A stretch of 64,000 bases of DNA from an uncultured Chloroflexia bacterium (GTDB taxonomy: Bacteria > Chloroflexota > Limnocylindria > QHBO01): NCBI GenBank assembly GCA_963814375.1, contig CAWFCQ010000005.1, positions 96,001 to 160,000 on the forward strand. Direction: 5' to 3'. Position numbers and translations under genes: made by a program. The notes beneath the pieces are model-generated. The model searched no databases. It was given only the letters and a program-made list of their open reading frames with translations, and was not told where the DNA came from. Shown one piece after another: positions 21,172-29,867 of this stretch (its first letter is position 1; the number at the start of each line of letters is the position of its first letter).

Positions 21172-22129
21172 CCTCGACGAACTCGCCGATGAAGTACGGC
21201 GACTGCGCCTCGGGCGCGCGCCAGTCGTAGCGATCGAGCCCGGCGGCCGGCGGGCGCACGAAGCGCTTCACGTTCTCGACCGCGACCTCCTCGAGGGTGG
21301 CTGCCTCGTCCGGTGAGGCACCGAACGCGTCCAGCCCGTTGACGTCCATGTGGCCCGCCAGGTGCCCGACCAGCTCCTGCCGCAGCCCGGTCACCAGGTT
21401 GACGACGCCACCCGGCACGTCGGACGTCGCGAGGACTTCGGTCAGGGTCACCGCCGGGAGAGGCCGCCGCTCCGAAGCGATGACGACCGCGGCATTGCCG
21501 CTGACGACGGCCGGAGCGAGCCGGCTCACCAGGCCGAGCAGCGACGATGACTCGGGCGCGATGACTCCAACCACGCCGGTCGGCTCAGGGACGCTGAAGT
21601 TGAAATAGCTGCCGGACACCGGGTTGACCGTTCCGATCAGCTGGGTGTACTTGTCGGCCCACCCGGCGTACCACACCCAACGATCGATGGCCGCGTCGAC
21701 ATCCTTGGCTGCACGCGGCCGCGAGATGCCCTCGGCGGCGATCACCTCGGCCACGAACTGGTCGCGCCGGCCCTCCATCAGCTCCGCGATGCGGTACAGG
21801 ATCTGGCTGCGGTTGTACGCGGTCTTCCCGGCCCAGCCCGGCTGTGCCTTGCGAGCGGCCCGCACCGCCTCGCGGATGTCCTTGCGGGTTCCGCGCGACG
21901 CGTTGGCGAGCAGCTGGCCCTTCGCCCCGAAGATCTCGTACGCACGCCCGGACTCGGTGCGAGGGAAAGCGCCGCCGATGTAGAGCTTGTACGTCTTGCG
22001 CACCCCAATGCGTTCCCCGCGACCAGCCGAGCCGTTCGTCGTCGCCAGGGGCTGCGCCGACCGTTGATTGAGCACCGACGCTCCCTGAAGCCTGCCTCGC
22101 TTCGTCGCTGCTGGACGTCTTGCGGCCAT
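21140..22129 (-). CDS. Short aldehyde dehydrogenase-family protein (NAD-binding domain only)
   Basis: VRKTYKLYIGGAFPRTESGR, WYAGWADK, PEPTGVV, PGGVVNLVTG, EVKTVWHPIG; no ELGGK or catalytic Cys. Confidence 0.85.
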   Translation of the reverse strand: MAARRPAATKRGRLQGASVLNQRSAQPLATTNGSAGRGERIGVRKTYKLYIGGAFPRTESGRAYEIFGAKGQLLANASRGTRKDIREAVRAARKAQPGWAGKTAYNRSQILYRIAELMEGRRDQFVAEVIAAEGISRPRAAKDVDAAIDRWVWYAGWADKYTQLIGTVNPVSGSYFNFSVPEPTGVVGVIAPESSSLLGLVSRLAPAVVSGNAAVVIASERRPLPAVTLTEVLATSDVPGGVVNLVTGLRQELVGHLAGHMDVNGLDAFGASPDEAATLEEVAVENVKRFVRPPAAGLDRYDWRAPEAQSPYFIGEFVEVKTVWHPIGA

Positions 22130-22482
22130 CAGGAGGAACCCTCCTCGCCGTATTGCTTCGTATCGGATCGTTCGACGAGGAGTGCGTAGGCCGGTCCGGC
22201 ATCGGCGACCGGCCGATGGCGCTGACCCCGCGGGACGAGGAAGATCTCGCCCGGCGACAGATGCGCCGCCGCGCGGCCCTCGAGCTCGATCCGAAAGGCG
22301 CCGCGCCAGCAGAGGAACAGCTCGTCCTCGGCATGGTGGTGCCAGGCAAACTCGCCCTCGAGGCGTGCGAGCCGCAGTGTGGCTTCGTTCACCACCGCCA
22401 GGTCGATCGGCTTCCAGGGCTCCGTCAGCGCATCAGCCACTGCGTCGAGCGCGATCTCGCTGCCGGTATCCGGGACGATCAT
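22129..22482 (-). CDS. Cupin-domain protein
   Basis: W.P..LAVVN, GEFAWHHHAEDELF, PGEIFLVPRGQRHRP. Confidence 0.85.
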   Translation of the reverse strand: MIVPDTGSEIALDAVADALTEPWKPIDLAVVNEATLRLARLEGEFAWHHHAEDELFLCWRGAFRIELEGRAAAHLSPGEIFLVPRGQRHRPVADAGPAYALLVERSDTKQYGEEGSS

Positions 22483-24002
22483 CGGCCGCTTGATCCGTTG
22501 CCCGACAGGTCGAGATAGGCACCGAGGCCGTGGATGCCGCCCTCGCGGCCGTAGCCGGACTCCTTGTAGCCGCCGAACGGGCTGGTCGGGTCGAAGCGGT
22601 TGAAGGTGTTGGCCCACACCACTCCGGCGCGCATGGCCGAGACCATCTTGAAGATGCGGCTGCCCTTCTCGGTCCATACCCCGGCGGAGAGGCCGTAGGG
22701 CGTGTTGTTCGCCTTCTCGATCGCCTCGTCCGGCGTGCGGAAGGTGAGCACCGAGAGGACCGGCCCGAAGATCTCCTCCTGCGCGATCCGGTGGCTCTGG
22801 CTCACGCCGGTGAAGAGGGTGGGGCGGAAGAAGAAGCCCTTGTCGGGCAGCACACAGTCGGGCTGGAAGATCTCGGCGCCCTCGGCGATGCCCGACTCGA
22901 CCAGCTCCTGCACCTTCGCGAGCTGGCCGGCCGAGTTGATCGCCCCGACATCGGTGTTCTTGTCGAGCGGGTCGCCGACGCGCAGCGTGCCGAGGCGTGC
23001 CTTGAGCTTGTCGAGCAGTGGCTCGTACACCGACTCCTGCACGAAGAGGCGCGAGCCGGCGCAGCACACCTCGCCCTGGTTGAAGTAGATGCCGTTGATG
23101 ATGCCCTCGATGGCCTGGTCGAGCGGCGCGTCGTCGAAGACGATGTTCGCCGCCTTGCCGCCGAGCTCGAGCGTAACCTTCTTGCCCGTCCCCGCGAGGG
23201 CGCGCGCGATCATCTTGCCCACGGCCGTCGAGCCGGTGAACGCGACCTTGGCCACGTCGGGATGGGTGACGAGCTCCATCCCGATCTCGCCTGGCCCGGT
23301 GATGATGTTGACCACGCCCGGCGGCAGGTCGGCCTGGCGCACCACATCGGCGAAGAGGTAGGCGGTCAGCGGCGTTGTCGAGGCCGGCTTGAGGACGACG
23401 GTGTTGCCGGCGGCCAGTGCGGGAGCGATCTTCCAGGCCAGCATGAGCAGCGGGAAGTTCCACGGGATGACCTGGGCCGCGACGCCGAGGGAGCGGGGCT
23501 TGCGGTTCGGGAATGCGTACTCGAGCTTGTCCGCCCAGCCGGCGTAGTAGAAGAAGTGCGCCGCGGCGAGCGGCACGTCGACGTCACGCGACTCCTTGAT
23601 CGGCTTGCCGGAGTTCATCGACTCGACCACCGCGAACTCGCGGCTGCGCTCCTGGAGGATGCGCGCGATGCGGTAGAGGTACTTGGCGCGCTCTCGGCCC
23701 GGCAGCTTCGCCCACTCGGACCGATGCGCCTCGCGGGCGGCGGCGACCGCACGGTTGACGTCCGCCTTCGAGGCGTGCGCGACCTTGGCCAGTGGCTCCT
23801 CCGTCGCCGGGTTGATGACGGTGAACGTCTTGCGCGGCTTCGACGGGCGGAACTCGTTGCCGATGAAGAGGCCGTACTCGGGCTCGAGGTGGATGTGATC
23901 GGTCGCCTCGGGCGCCGGGGCGTACTCCCAGGGATGGTCTCCGGCGGCCAGGCCCCACGAGGCCGGGGCGGGGCGGCTCTCGGGCTTCTTGGTGAGCGTC
24001 AT
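22479..24002 (-). CDS. Aldehyde dehydrogenase
   Basis: IPWNFP, LKPA, FTGST, LELGGK, NQGEVCCAG, EEIFGPV, PFGGYKESG. Confidence 0.95.
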   Translation of the reverse strand: MTLTKKPESRPAPASWGLAAGDHPWEYAPAPEATDHIHLEPEYGLFIGNEFRPSKPRKTFTVINPATEEPLAKVAHASKADVNRAVAAAREAHRSEWAKLPGRERAKYLYRIARILQERSREFAVVESMNSGKPIKESRDVDVPLAAAHFFYYAGWADKLEYAFPNRKPRSLGVAAQVIPWNFPLLMLAWKIAPALAAGNTVVLKPASTTPLTAYLFADVVRQADLPPGVVNIITGPGEIGMELVTHPDVAKVAFTGSTAVGKMIARALAGTGKKVTLELGGKAANIVFDDAPLDQAIEGIINGIYFNQGEVCCAGSRLFVQESVYEPLLDKLKARLGTLRVGDPLDKNTDVGAINSAGQLAKVQELVESGIAEGAEIFQPDCVLPDKGFFFRPTLFTGVSQSHRIAQEEIFGPVLSVLTFRTPDEAIEKANNTPYGLSAGVWTEKGSRIFKMVSAMRAGVVWANTFNRFDPTSPFGGYKESGYGREGGIHGLGAYLDLSGNGSSGR

Positions 24003-24028
24003 CGCGCTCGATTATCGCACCCGCCGCC

Positions 24029-24427
24029 CTACTCCACGGAGCCGAAGAGGGTGACGCCCTCGGCCCAGCGCACGCCGTTCGCCTCCTCGAGGCCTTCGAC
24101 GTCGTCGAGGTCGAGCCCCTCGACCGCCATGCGGGCGCCCCCGCACTGGGGCGGGAACGACTCGGCGATTGCGTCGCAGATGAGGACGGTTCCATCGGCT
24201 GCAACGAACAGCGCGCCGCTCACCGCGACCAGGTCGTCGGTCGGGCCGTGCGTGGCGCCATCGACGACGGAGAGGCCCGCTCCGTCGATCACGCCCCCAT
24301 CGGCGGCGACGACCAGCGTCCAATCGTCGTCCACGGCCGGTGGCGGCGCATCTGTCGGGTCATGAGGCAGCAGGCCGGCGCAGCCGGCGAGCAGCGAGGC
24401 AACGAGGAGGGAGGCGGTGAGACGCAT
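24029..24427 (-). CDS. Hypothetical lipoprotein
   Basis: Lipobox LLAGC; C..IAESFPPQC motif. Confidence 0.7.
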   Translation of the reverse strand: MRLTASLLVASLLAGCAGLLPHDPTDAPPPAVDDDWTLVVAADGGVIDGAGLSVVDGATHGPTDDLVAVSGALFVAADGTVLICDAIAESFPPQCGGARMAVEGLDLDDVEGLEEANGVRWAEGVTLFGSVE

Positions 24428-24463
24428 CGGCTCGGCAGGCTCCGTGAGGGTGTCGGTTGCCCC

Positions 24464-25102
24464 TCAAACGCTCCCCGACCCCGGATCGTTCCCCGGCAGG
24501 ACTCCCTCGAGATGAAGCAGGTAGCGCTTGCGCTCGAGGCCGCCGGTGTAACCGCCCAGCCCGCCGCCGGTATGGAGCACCCGATGGCAGGGCACGACGA
24601 TCGGCATCGGGTTCGAGCCCAACGCGTTGCCGGCGGCGCGGTACGCGTTCGGAGAGCCCGCCGCCACGGCGATCTCGCGATAGCTGGAGACGCTTCCGAA
24701 CGGGATGCGCGCCGCGGCGCGCAGGACCTCGGCGCGGAAGCCTGCCAGCAGGCGCCAGTCGATCGGCAGGTCGAAGCGACGGCGGCTCCCGGCGAAGTAC
24801 TCGTCGAGCTGGCGGCGGATCGTGTCAGTCCGCTCGGGGGCGGCCAGCACCCGTGGTGAGATCGTGGCGGCGAGCTCGTCGAGCTGAGCGTCGATCGGCT
24901 CCCCGGGGTACGAGAGGCGCACGAGGCCGCGGGGCGTCACGAACGCCGTCAGGGCTCCCAGGGGCGAGTCGAGGCTGCCGTAGGCGACGTCGAGGATGCC
25001 ATCGGCCGCCGCCCGTCGCGCGAGGGATTGGCGCAGCGCGGTGAGGTCGAGAGGCGCGCCCGTCGGCGGATCGCCGAGGCGGCGCTCGAGGTCGTCGGTC
25101 AT
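24464..25102 (-). CDS. ogt: Methylated-DNA-protein-cysteine methyltransferase with N-terminal extension
   Basis: DSPLG, QLDEYFAG, IPFG..SY, RAAGNA..NP, VVPCHRV. Confidence 0.93.
   Translation of the reverse strand: MTDDLERRLGDPPTGAPLDLTALRQSLARRAAADGILDVAYGSLDSPLGALTAFVTPRGLVRLSYPGEPIDAQLDELAATISPRVLAAPERTDTIRRQLDEYFAGSRRRFDLPIDWRLLAGFRAEVLRAAARIPFGSVSSYREIAVAAGSPNAYRAAGNALGSNPMPIVVPCHRVLHTGGGLGGYTGGLERKRYLLHLEGVLPGNDPGSGSV
24467..24492 (-). promoter_or_regulatory. ECF-type promoter GGAAC-N17-CGTT upstream of the lipoprotein
   Basis: GGAAC (24492-24488), 17 nt, CGTT (24470-24467). Confidence 0.5.
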
Positions 25103-25566
25103 GGCGCCACCTCCCTGCGCAGCCGCCGGAGCCCGGCGCTCACGTTCTGCCGGGCGGCCTCCTCGCTCGTGCCCATCCGAGCGCCGATCTCGGCGTAGGC
25201 GAGGTCGAGCACGAACCGATGCACGATCGCCGCCCGCTGCTTGGCGGGCAGCTCGCGCACCGTCGACCACAGCCCATCGTCCGCCGGCTCGGGCGATGCC
25301 GCGGCGACCGGGTCGATGGCGGCGAGGTCGCTCGTCGGGCGACGCGCGCGGCGACGGACGGCATCGGTGGCCTTGCGCTGGGCGATCGTGTACAGCCAGG
25401 CACGGAGGTTCTCAGCGTGGCGGATGCGCGGATAGGCGCGGAGCGCGGACATGAAGGTCTCCTGGAGGCAGTCGTCCGCCTCGGTCGGGCCCACGAGGCC
25501 CACGAGGAACCGATGCAGCTCGTGCGCGTGATCGTCGACGAGCGACTCGAACGGCGGCAGGTGCAC
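25099..25566 (-). CDS. ECF RNA polymerase sigma factor
   Basis: ADDCLQETFMSA, AWLYTIA, LPAKQRAAI, LAYAEIG..M..S. Confidence 0.9.
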   Translation of the reverse strand: MHLPPFESLVDDHAHELHRFLVGLVGPTEADDCLQETFMSALRAYPRIRHAENLRAWLYTIAQRKATDAVRRRARRPTSDLAAIDPVAAASPEPADDGLWSTVRELPAKQRAAIVHRFVLDLAYAEIGARMGTSEEAARQNVSAGLRRLRREVAP

Positions 25567-25574
25567 GCTGAGTG

Positions 25575-25602
25575 GAACGCCCTACGCCGGCTCGACGTGA
25601 GA
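25575..25602 (-). promoter_or_regulatory. Possible autoregulatory ECF promoter
   Basis: TCTCAC-N17-CGTTC ending 8 nt before the sigma GTG start. Confidence 0.35.
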
Positions 25603-25613
25603 TCGGCCGGCCC

Positions 25614-26300
25614 TCACGTGGCGTCCGCCGCTCGCCGCAGAAGATCGTCGATCGCGGTCGGGTCGTCGGCGATGATGCGAGCCTCTCCGCCGCCGAATCC
25701 ATCCTCCACCCAGGCCGTCTCGATTCCCGGATTCTGGGCATTCGTTCCGTCCGGCGCGAAGAGGTGGGCGGACCCGCGCACTTCGTCGCCCGCGGCGACC
25801 GCCCAGTCGTCGAGCAGCTGCCGCCTCGCGCGGCCGTCGTCGAGCGCAGCGGCCAGGGCGGCGACATCCACGGAGTCCGCCTCGTTCGCCACCTCGAGGA
25901 TGACGTGGCGCAGGCTGATGCATCGGCTCTCGCCGAAGAATGCGCGCCGCAGGCCACGGTCGAGCGCCTCGGACGCTGCCAGCGACTGCTCCTTGGCGGC
26001 GATCACGGCCTCCATCGGCGGCAGCATCGTCACCGGCCACCCGTGATCGGGCGCCGCCCACGACTGCCAGCCGGCTCGAGGGGCCAGCCGCTCGGCCACC
26101 GGCCACTCGGCGTCGAAGCGCGCGCGCGGCGTCGGCTCGCTGTTGAAGAGCTCGAGCGGGAAAGCGTGATGATCGAAGGCGACGCGACTGTCCAGGCCGA
26201 GCCGGCGCCGTGAGTCGTGGAGCCGCCAGACCACCGCGTGCGACCACGCGCAGCCGATGTCGGACCACACGGCGATCGTGCCCGGCGCAGCCCCGACCAC
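25614..26300 (-). CDS. DsbA/FrnE-like thioredoxin-fold protein
   Basis: VWSDIGCAWS, HAFPLE, LRRAFF; start approximate. Confidence 0.75.
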   Translation of the reverse strand: MVGAAPGTIAVWSDIGCAWSHAVVWRLHDSRRRLGLDSRVAFDHHAFPLELFNSEPTPRARFDAEWPVAERLAPRAGWQSWAAPDHGWPVTMLPPMEAVIAAKEQSLAASEALDRGLRRAFFGESRCISLRHVILEVANEADSVDVAALAAALDDGRARRQLLDDWAVAAGDEVRGSAHLFAPDGTNAQNPGIETAWVEDGFGGGEARIIADDPTAIDDLLRRAADAT

Positions 26301-26301
26301 C

Positions 26302-27135
26302 TCAGGTGTCGCCCAGCTGGTCCGGGTCGACACGAACGTCGACGGCTCGATCGTCGAGCACGCTGACGTTGAGGTCGTTGTTGATCAGGATGTTGCCGGT
26401 CACCACCACGCCGTGGGCATCGGCATCGATGAGCACGCCCCAGTGCGCGTTGGTGATCGTGTTGCCCTCGACGCGCAGGTTCTCCGGCCCCGGATCGTGG
26501 AAGACGTGGATCGCGCCGCCCGACAGGCCGTCCGCGTCCAGCGTGCAGTCGCGCACAGTGAGGTCGCGCACCGGCCCCGGCCCGGGGTAGATGAGATGCT
26601 CGGTCCATCGGCCGGCGGGGGCGTCGCGATGGTTCCCGGTCATGGTGAGGCGCTCGAGCGTGATCCCCTCGGACGGGCCGTTGATGACGAGCACGCCCGT
26701 GTCGAGCGGCTCGTAGCCGGTGATCGTCATGTCGCGGATCGTGACGTTCGAGATCTGGTCGAGGATGAGGAACGATCCGGTGCCATCGCCGTCGAAGGTG
26801 GCGATCTCGCCCGGGTAGCCGGCGAAGACGATCTGCGCACCGGGCTCGCCGCTCGCCGCCCAGCCATCGCCACCCTGGCCGGTGTACCGGCCGCCCCGCG
26901 CCAGGAGCGTGTCGCCGGGGCCAAGGACGTCTGCCGCGTGGAACATCGAGCGCCACGGATCGTCGATCGCGCCGGTGCCCTCGTCCGATCCTTCGGGGGA
27001 GAGGTAGTACACCGTGCCCGTCCCGATCTCTCCGCTCTGCGCCGGCGCGGCCAGGGGCGCGGGAGCGGGCGGCACCGCGCACGAGGCCAGCAGCAGGATG
27101 ATCCCCACCAGTGGCAGCCTTGATGTGCGGGGCAC
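26302..27135 (-). CDS. Lipoprotein with right-handed beta-helix (DUF1565/pectate lyase-like)
   Basis: Lipobox LASC; YYLSPEGSD..G..DPW, PGDT..RGGRY, GYPGE, HLIY. Confidence 0.75.
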   Translation of the reverse strand: MPRTSRLPLVGIILLLASCAVPPAPAPLAAPAQSGEIGTGTVYYLSPEGSDEGTGAIDDPWRSMFHAADVLGPGDTLLARGGRYTGQGGDGWAASGEPGAQIVFAGYPGEIATFDGDGTGSFLILDQISNVTIRDMTITGYEPLDTGVLVINGPSEGITLERLTMTGNHRDAPAGRWTEHLIYPGPGPVRDLTVRDCTLDADGLSGGAIHVFHDPGPENLRVEGNTITNAHWGVLIDADAHGVVVTGNILINNDLNVSVLDDRAVDVRVDPDQLGDT

Positions 27136-27139
27136 CGAG

Positions 27140-28103
27140 TCAGTCCAGGGTGAAGTAGTCGGCGCCGGAGTAGCGGCCGGTGCGCTCCTTGCGGATCTGC
27201 ATCAGGACGTCGTTGAGGAGGCTCGATGCGCCGAACCGGAACCGGTCAGGCGTCATCCAGTCCGGCCCCAGCGTCTCGTACAGCGTCGTGAGGTAGGCGA
27301 TCGCCTCCTTCGAGGTGCGAATCCCGCCCGCCGGCTTCATCCCGACCGCTCGGCCGGTCTGGGCGTGGAAGTCGCGGATCGCCTCCAGCATCACGAGCGT
27401 CACCGGCAGCGTCGCCGCCGGCTGGACCTTGCCGGTCGATGTCTTGATGAAGTCGGCGCCGGCGGCCATGGCCAGCACCGATGCGCGCCGCACGTTGTCG
27501 TAGGTCTCGAGCTCGCCCGTCTCGAGGATCACCTTGAGGTGCGCGTCTCCACAGGCCTCCTTGACCGCGGTTATCTCGTCGTAGACCGATGCATAGTCGC
27601 CGGCCAGGAAGGCGCCGCGGTCGATCACCATGTCGATCTCGTTGGCGCCCATCTCGACCGCCGCGCGCACGTCGGCCAGCTTCACCTCCAAGCGGCGCCT
27701 GGCCGGACGGGAAGTAGGTCGCGACCGCTGCGACCTTCACCGACGAGCCGGCGAGCGCCTCGACCGCGACCGGGACCATGTTCGGGTAGACGCAGATGGC
27801 GGCGACGCTCGGGATCGAAGGATCGGTCGGGTCCGGGCGGCGTGCCTTCCCGCACAGGGCCCGCACCTTGCCCGGCGTGTCCTTCCCCTCGAGGGTGGTC
27901 AGGTCCATCATGCGGATGGCGAGGTCGAGCGCCCAGAGCTTCGCCTCGCGCTTGATCGAGCGCTTGGCGAGCGACGCGGCACGCTCCTCGATCCCGACCG
28001 CATCGACGGCCCAGACGCGGCCGAGGAGGCTGCCCAGGTGCTGGTGCCGCTTGGTGATGAGATCGCGGCGTGCGTTCGCGCGCGTCGGGCTCGTGGTCGT
28101 CAT
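27140..28103 (-). CDS. deoC: Deoxyribose-phosphate aldolase; frameshift near 27692
   Basis: DLTTLEG, AICVYP, FPSGQ; EIDMVI, LKVILETGEL, FIKTSTGK, KPAGGIR, RFGASSL. Confidence 0.95.
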
Positions 28104-28150
28104 CGGCCGCTGATTGTACCGCCCGATCGGACTGCTACCCTTCGGAGCCG

Positions 28151-28522
28151 ATGGCCGCCGATCCGATCGTCTACTGCCTGACGCGTGACCGAGACCTCGC
28201 CGCCGGGCTCGACGAGGGCCTGGTCGGCGCGATCGCCTTCTTCTACAACGATGCGGCGCGGCTCCACCAGGCAGTCACGCTGCGCAGCCCGCACCTCGTG
28301 CTGGTGGACACCGGCGCCATTCGCGCCGAGTACGGCGATGCCGGGCTCGGGCCGGTGGTCGAGTTCGTGCGCGATCGAGCGGCCGGGGCGCGGATCCTGG
28401 TGCGACCGGCCGCCGGCGTCGATCGCCTCGTGGCCGCGGAGGCCGGCGCCGGCGTCGAGATCGTGCCCTCGGCCTCCGAGGGCTGCATCGCCGCCGTGGT
28501 CGGCGCATGCGCGAGCCCATGA
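28151..28522 (+). CDS. Hypothetical protein, receiver-domain-like
   Basis: 123-aa ORF with PHLVLVD pattern; stop overlaps the next gene start. Confidence 0.5.
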   Translation: MAADPIVYCLTRDRDLAAGLDEGLVGAIAFFYNDAARLHQAVTLRSPHLVLVDTGAIRAEYGDAGLGPVVEFVRDRAAGARILVRPAAGVDRLVAAEAGAGVEIVPSASEGCIAAVVGACASP

Positions 28523-28887
28523 CGCCGAGCGAGCTTCTCTCGGCTCACGCGGCCGACCGGGTCTGCCACCTCCAGACGATCGGGCGGACGTCGGGACGGC
28601 CGCGCACGATCGAGATCTGGTTCGCGACCGATGGCGCGCGGATCTACCTCCTCGCCGGCGGTGGCGATCGCGCGCACTGGGTCCGCAACCTGCGCGCGGA
28701 CCCGCGCGTGCGCGTGCGCATCGGCGGGAGAACGGTCGCAGGCGCGGCCCGAACGATCGAGGGAGAGGAGGCGGAGAGCCTCGCGCGTCGGCTGCTTGCC
28801 GCGAAGTACCAGGGCTGGGTGGAAGGGGCGCCGCTCAGCTCGTGGGCGGCAGGCTCCCTCCCGGTCGAGATCGCGCTCGACGACTGA
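28519..28887 (+). CDS. Deazaflavin (F420)-dependent nitroreductase family protein
   Basis: LQTIGRTSGRPRTIEIWF, AHWVRNLRADPRV. Confidence 0.85.
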   Translation: MTPSELLSAHAADRVCHLQTIGRTSGRPRTIEIWFATDGARIYLLAGGGDRAHWVRNLRADPRVRVRIGGRTVAGAARTIEGEEAESLARRLLAAKYQGWVEGAPLSSWAAGSLPVEIALDD

Positions 28888-28889
28888 GC

Positions 28890-29339
28890 TCAGTGCCCGG
28901 CGACGAGCGCCTCGGGCACGGCACAGGCGGGCTCCCCTCCCTCGTCGACCGGCTCGAGCGCCTGCGGGGCAGCCGGGATCAAGCCGATGCGGTCGATCGG
29001 CCAATAGCGATAGAGCGCGCGCCATTCGACGGCATCGGACGGCACGGCGCCGAAGGCACGCCCGTCGGTGCTGGCACTGGGGTTGTCGCCGCGGAGGCCG
29101 ATCTCGCCTCGGTCGAGGCGAGCCACGCGCTTGACGAGCTCGCGGCCCGGCGCTCGCGGATCGGCCGCCAGGACCACGTCGCCCCGCCGAGGCGGGACGC
29201 GTGCCACGAGCAGACGGTCTCCGGGGAGCAGCGTCGGGGCCATCGACCGGCCTCGAACCTCGACGACGTCCAGCCAGCGCCGGGCCGCCACGCCGACGAG
29301 GATCGCGATGAGCGCCCAGGTCACGCCGCTGGGGCGCAT
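28890..29339 (-). CDS. sodX: Ni-SOD maturation protease (S26 family)
   Basis: GRSMAPTL, GD.LL, LVKRV, GDN..STDGR.FG; directly downstream of sodN. Confidence 0.9.
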   Translation of the reverse strand: MRPSGVTWALIAILVGVAARRWLDVVEVRGRSMAPTLLPGDRLLVARVPPRRGDVVLAADPRAPGRELVKRVARLDRGEIGLRGDNPSASTDGRAFGAVPSDAVEWRALYRYWPIDRIGLIPAAPQALEPVDEGGEPACAVPEALVAGH

Positions 29340-29346
29340 CGGTCCC

Positions 29347-29778
29347 TCAGGAGGGCCGGCCGTTCACGCGAGTCTTCTCGGGACCGCCGGTCGCCTTCCA
29401 CATCTCGTCGATCGAGTCGATCATGAGCAACAGCTCCTTGGCCGCGCCCGCATCGAGCGATTGCTTCACCTTCGAGGCCTGCTTCGTCGCCTTCCAGAAG
29501 GTCTCGTGGATCCCTGGGTGCTTCTCGAGGTGCTCCGGCTTGAAGTAGTCGTGCCACAGGACGTCGAGGTGGTGCTTCACGAGCTCGGCCCGCTCCTCCT
29601 TGACGTGGATGCAGCGTGCCCTGAAGAGCGGGTCGTCGCTGGCCTCGTATTTCTCGATGATGCGGAGGCAAGACTCCGCCTCTATGCGCGCCTGCTCCGG
29701 GTCGTAGACGCCGCACGGAATATCGCAGTGCGCGTCGACGATGCGGGTGGGGCGCAGGATGGTGCGCAGGGAAAGCAT
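29347..29778 (-). CDS. sodN: Nickel superoxide dismutase
   Basis: Leader, then Ni-hook AHCDIPCGVYDP; VLWHDYFKP; GAGAGGAG RBS. Confidence 0.96.
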   Translation of the reverse strand: MLSLRTILRPTRIVDAHCDIPCGVYDPEQARIEAESCLRIIEKYEASDDPLFRARCIHVKEERAELVKHHLDVLWHDYFKPEHLEKHPGIHETFWKATKQASKVKQSLDAGAAKELLLMIDSIDEMWKATGGPEKTRVNGRPS

Positions 29779-29867
29779 CGGTCTCCTCTCAAGTGAGCGT
29801 TCGCTTGGTTGGCGTGGGTTCATCCTAAGCCTGTGCAAGCCGCGCGCCTGCGGGACCCGTGGGCAGG

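Noticed and set aside
29785-29865. Nur box or nickel riboswitch upstream of sodN
   Set aside because: Only one TTGCA half-site is present and there is no convincing conserved structure.
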